The notes beneath the pieces are model-generated. The model searched no databases. It was given only the letters and a program-made list of their open reading frames with translations, and was not told the origin of the DNA. Made by a program: the position numbers and the translations under genes. From contig NBMH01000005.1 of assembly GCA_002084875.1 (NCBI GenBank), forward strand, positions 27,284 to 91,283: a DNA stretch of 64,000 nucleotides. Direction: 5' to 3'. Shown piece after piece: positions 61,401 through 64,000 of the stretch. Source of the stretch: Anaerolineaceae bacterium 4572_78 (lineage in GTDB: Bacteria; Chloroflexota; Anaerolineae; 4572-78). How positions within the stretch are numbered: position 1 is the first letter of the stretch; each line of letters opens with the position of its first letter.

Positions 61401-64000
61401 GGTCATGCAAGCGACCGATTCGACCTACACAAATGGTCAAGCTGGCATGTACAGCGAAAATAATCAAAACACAACTTTTGATGATGTGTATGTTACCAGA
61501 CTCGGCGATATGGCACATTATGTCGGAGCCAACGACCTGATAACTTATACCATTTTCATCAGCAATCAAGGGCAGATACCTGCTTACGATTTGGTCATAA
61601 CCGACATTATTCCGTCAGGTTTGAACTATGTCAGCTATACCATTGATAGTAATTATCCTGACATCAGTGTGGATAATTTCACACAACCGAATGGCATGCT
61701 TGTTTGGGAATTTAACGCCCTGACAGCAACCCATCCCTTTACCACCAACGAGCATAGCTACATCAACATTCAGCTGACTTTGCATGCAGACAACGCAATT
61801 ACGGCAAACGGCTATTTCCAAAATCAAAGCATGCTTGCCTACCAAGCACAGCCAACGGGAAGCATGGATGACAGTTTTATTCGTGATTACATGGGCGGTT
61901 CGCATAGCAATGCCGTGCAGACGATAGATGGTATGCCAATCAAATCAGTGACTCCGTTGACTACAACATTAGGTGGTTATATCACCTTTACGATTAGCAT
62001 TCCAAGCCCAACGATTAGTGCCACAATGAAAAATGTGGTCGTAACTGATACGATTGATAATAATTTTGCGATTGATAATGCTTTTGTCAATGGCGGTTAT
62101 GGTGGAGTAGCGACATACACTGGTCAGCTAGTCACGGCTACCATCAGCAGCATCACCCATGCCACTCAAGCCGATGTAATTATCGTGGCTTATGTGGCAA
62201 ATACCAGCACCGTTGAGCATGGTAGCGTTCTGACTAATATTGCTACCATGCGACATGACAATTTGGATGAAAATTCAATCACGACTACCAATATCGTTAC
62301 CGTTAATATAGTCAAGCCGATAGTCCACATCGCCGAAAAATATGTCTTAGCCGATGGGCGAGCTTCGCAGTTATGGCTTGAGAATTTCAATGATGGCACA
62401 GCCGATGGGGTTTCTGATATTGGCACATGGGCAGTCAATGCCAATGTCTACCAAAGCATGGGCAATGCCACTTTAGAGCGTGCCTTTTTCGGCGACCAAG
62501 CATGGACGGATTATAGCTATTCATTCATGGTACGAGCAAGCGATGAAACGGGAACAATCGGCGGCTATGTTCGACAAGATAGTGCCACCAATGCTAATTT
62601 GGGTTATCGCCTCGATTGGACAACGAATACTCTTTCGATTAATGATGTCAATGGGATGGCGGTTACAGTCTTGGACACTGTAGCACTTGGTTATACGCAG
62701 AACACTTGGCACCATGTCGAAATCCAAACTATCGGCGACCAAATTGATGTTTATATTGATGACCAATTACAACTTAGTGCCACAGATACACACTGGACAA
62801 CAGGGAAAGTCGGCTTATTTTCTGATAGCAATGCGAACACTGAATTTGACGATTTGTATGTGACTCGTTTAGGTGATACATCTCATACCGTTGGAGCCAA
62901 TGACCTGATAACTTATACCTTGTTCATCAGCAATCAAGGACAGATACCTGCTTACGATTTGGTCATAACCGATGTGTTGCCACATGGCTTGATAGTTAAA
63001 TCGGCGACATTTAATAGCGATGATGGCTCGACAACGGCGTTGATTGCTCCCACAATGGGCGATAGCGGAGTGATTGCATGGCACTTTAATCAACTGGATA
63101 ATATTAGTCCATTCGTTACCGATGAGCATGCAGGAATCGAAATCACCCTAGTTTTGACGGTTGCCGATTGGATTACGGCAAACACTTACTTACAAAATCA
63201 ATCCATGCTCGAATACTATGCCATACCGACAAATGTAGGTGTTAGTCAGCGATATATGGGCGGCTCACATAGCAATGCCATGCAGACGATAGACGGCATG
63301 TCCATCAAATCAGTGACTCCATTTGAGGCGATGATTGGTGAGTATGTTACCTATACGATTGTTATGCCGAGTTCGCCGATAAGTGCTACATTGTATGATG
63401 TAATAATTACAGATACAGTGAATAGTCGGCTTATCATCGAAAGCATTGCTACAAGTGGTGGTGTTGGTATTAGTACAAATTTCGTCCAAGCAACGAAATT
63501 AATTACGGCATATTTCGACGCTATTCCACACAGCACACAGGCTTATATCACGATTACAAGCCGAATATCGGATGCGGCTGATATTGATTCGAGTACGATA
63601 TTTACCAATATGGCTACGGTTGAGCATGCCACTTCTGATGCTGACAGTATCACCACAACGAATCAGGTTACGACAACTATTGACATGCCAATTCTGCATA
63701 TTGGGCAGAGTTACACTACTGCTGGTATGGGCAGTGCAACCCTCATGCTTGAAAATTTCAACTTTGGTAGCCACAGCGGCATTGATGATAGCTCGGGAAC
63801 ATGGGTATTAACCAATGGAACATATCTCGCAACTGATGCCGTTGGTGTGCAGACTACAACACTTGGCTCAACAGCATGGACAGATTATAGCTATAGCTTC
63901 ATGGTGCAAACGCCTGATGAAAACGGCATAATCGGTGGCATTGTGCGTGGCGAGCCGAACTCTGGAGCGTCAAGTCTTGGTTTGACAGGCTATCTCTTTG
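58351..64000 (+). CDS. Giant surface/adhesin-like protein, part 2 (continuation in the +1 frame; open to the window end)
   Basis: Not in the ORF track because it has no stop. I translated frame 1 from 58288 to 64000 and found no stop codon. It contains DUF11-like units (..LIAWTINISNTGTGDIYEGLVITD..). It also has at least 4 tandem modules that pair a DUF11-like unit with a concanavalin/LamG/DUF1080-like unit (WTDYSYSFM..GYR..WHH.EI..GD.I..Y+D..L......G.VGL....N.EFDD+.VTR+G). Confidence 0.8.
59533..64000 (+). repeat. At least 4 tandem coding modules of 1368-1395 bp inside the giant gene
   Basis: The module-start motif EP(I/M)(L/V)HI(G/A) occurs at 59533, 60928, 62314 (KPIVHIA) and 63682 (DMPILHIG). 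A 79-nt stretch is identical between 60930-61008 and 62316-62394. Confidence 0.85.
63962..63988. repeat. R1 variant (CTGGAGCGTCAAGTCTTGGTTTGACAG) inside tandem module 4 of the giant gene
   Basis: It encodes SGASSLGLT in a loop where modules 1-3 have shorter, unrelated sequence. Confidence 0.75.

Noticed and set aside
1-64000. The palindromic repeats as a CRISPR array.
   Set aside because: The copies are dispersed one or two per intergenic gap. They are not regularly spaced, they differ in module composition, and no cas genes are present.
1-64000. An autonomous mobile element (transposase, integrase, RAYT, phage genes), tRNA or rRNA genes.
   Set aside because: No ORF in the track or in my own reading shows DDE, HUH, tyrosine- or serine-recombinase motifs. 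I also recognised no tRNA- or rRNA-like sequence.

Overview
This is a 64-kb AT-rich, densely coding bacterial chromosomal segment with about 40 genes. I recognised no rRNA, tRNA, CRISPR array, transposase or integrase.

Gene order:
- metH, 5' part only. It is open to the window start, so it is missing from the ORF track.
- A GT87-like and a TVP38-like membrane protein.
- tig-clpP-clpX.
- A CofE-like gamma-glutamyl ligase, a YhhQ-type transporter and an FAD oxidoreductase.
- A REC-GAF histidine kinase, a class A PBP and a HAMP-PP2C sensor phosphatase.
- A thiamine-type SBP, secG, a family-5 SBP, an RfaE-II-like adenylyltransferase and murJ.
- A 1513-aa secreted Ig-like-repeat protein.
- A dual-cyclase / STAND ATPase / TPR regulator and a double zinc-ribbon membrane protein.
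- A DUF4015-like glycoside hydrolase.
- hypF, a cysteine hydrolase, then hypE.
- A Ras/Rab-like GTPase with a coiled-coil partner.
- Two methyltransferases and a FeoA-like protein.
- A seven-blade EAR/EPTP-like propeller fused to FN3, dockerin and cohesin.
- A sat-cysC fusion, a PIG-L deacetylase, a NUDIX hydrolase, an SH3 lipoprotein and a TPR protein.
- An adhesin-like gene of more than 3,300 codons that runs off the window end. Its second part is also missing from the ORF track.

The protein signatures give a Chloroflexota-like impression. This is a low-confidence inference that I cannot verify here.

The most unusual property is a modular family of short nested palindromes. I use these working names:
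- R1: TGGAGCG..GCTTGCTTTTTCATGTCAAAGCAAGCTTTGAC..CGCTCCA
- R2a: GACAAGAAAGGTTTTTAAAAACCTTTCTTGTC
- R2b: AGACCTGACAGGTTTT..AAAACCTGTCAGGTCT
- R3: G-rich CCCTCTCC..GGAGAGGG hairpins
- R4: GTAGGGGCGTATGGCCATACGCCCCTAC
- R5: AGAAATTCAAT..ATTGAATTTCT
- A TIR-like module: GGGCTGTTCAATGCTA

These modules occupy nearly every intergenic gap. They also sit in frame inside at least four large genes, where they are read through as linker peptides.

Other notable points:
- Two unrelated secreted proteins share a C-terminal SEY(F)IYLPI[IV]LK tail.
- hypF and hypE are separated by an intact cysteine hydrolase, and no hydrogenase genes are nearby.
- Four genes carry single-frame breaks, three of them (8140-8145, 10984-10992, 28524-28527) beside short homopolymer or A/T runs, so assembly error must be excluded before calling them pseudogenes.
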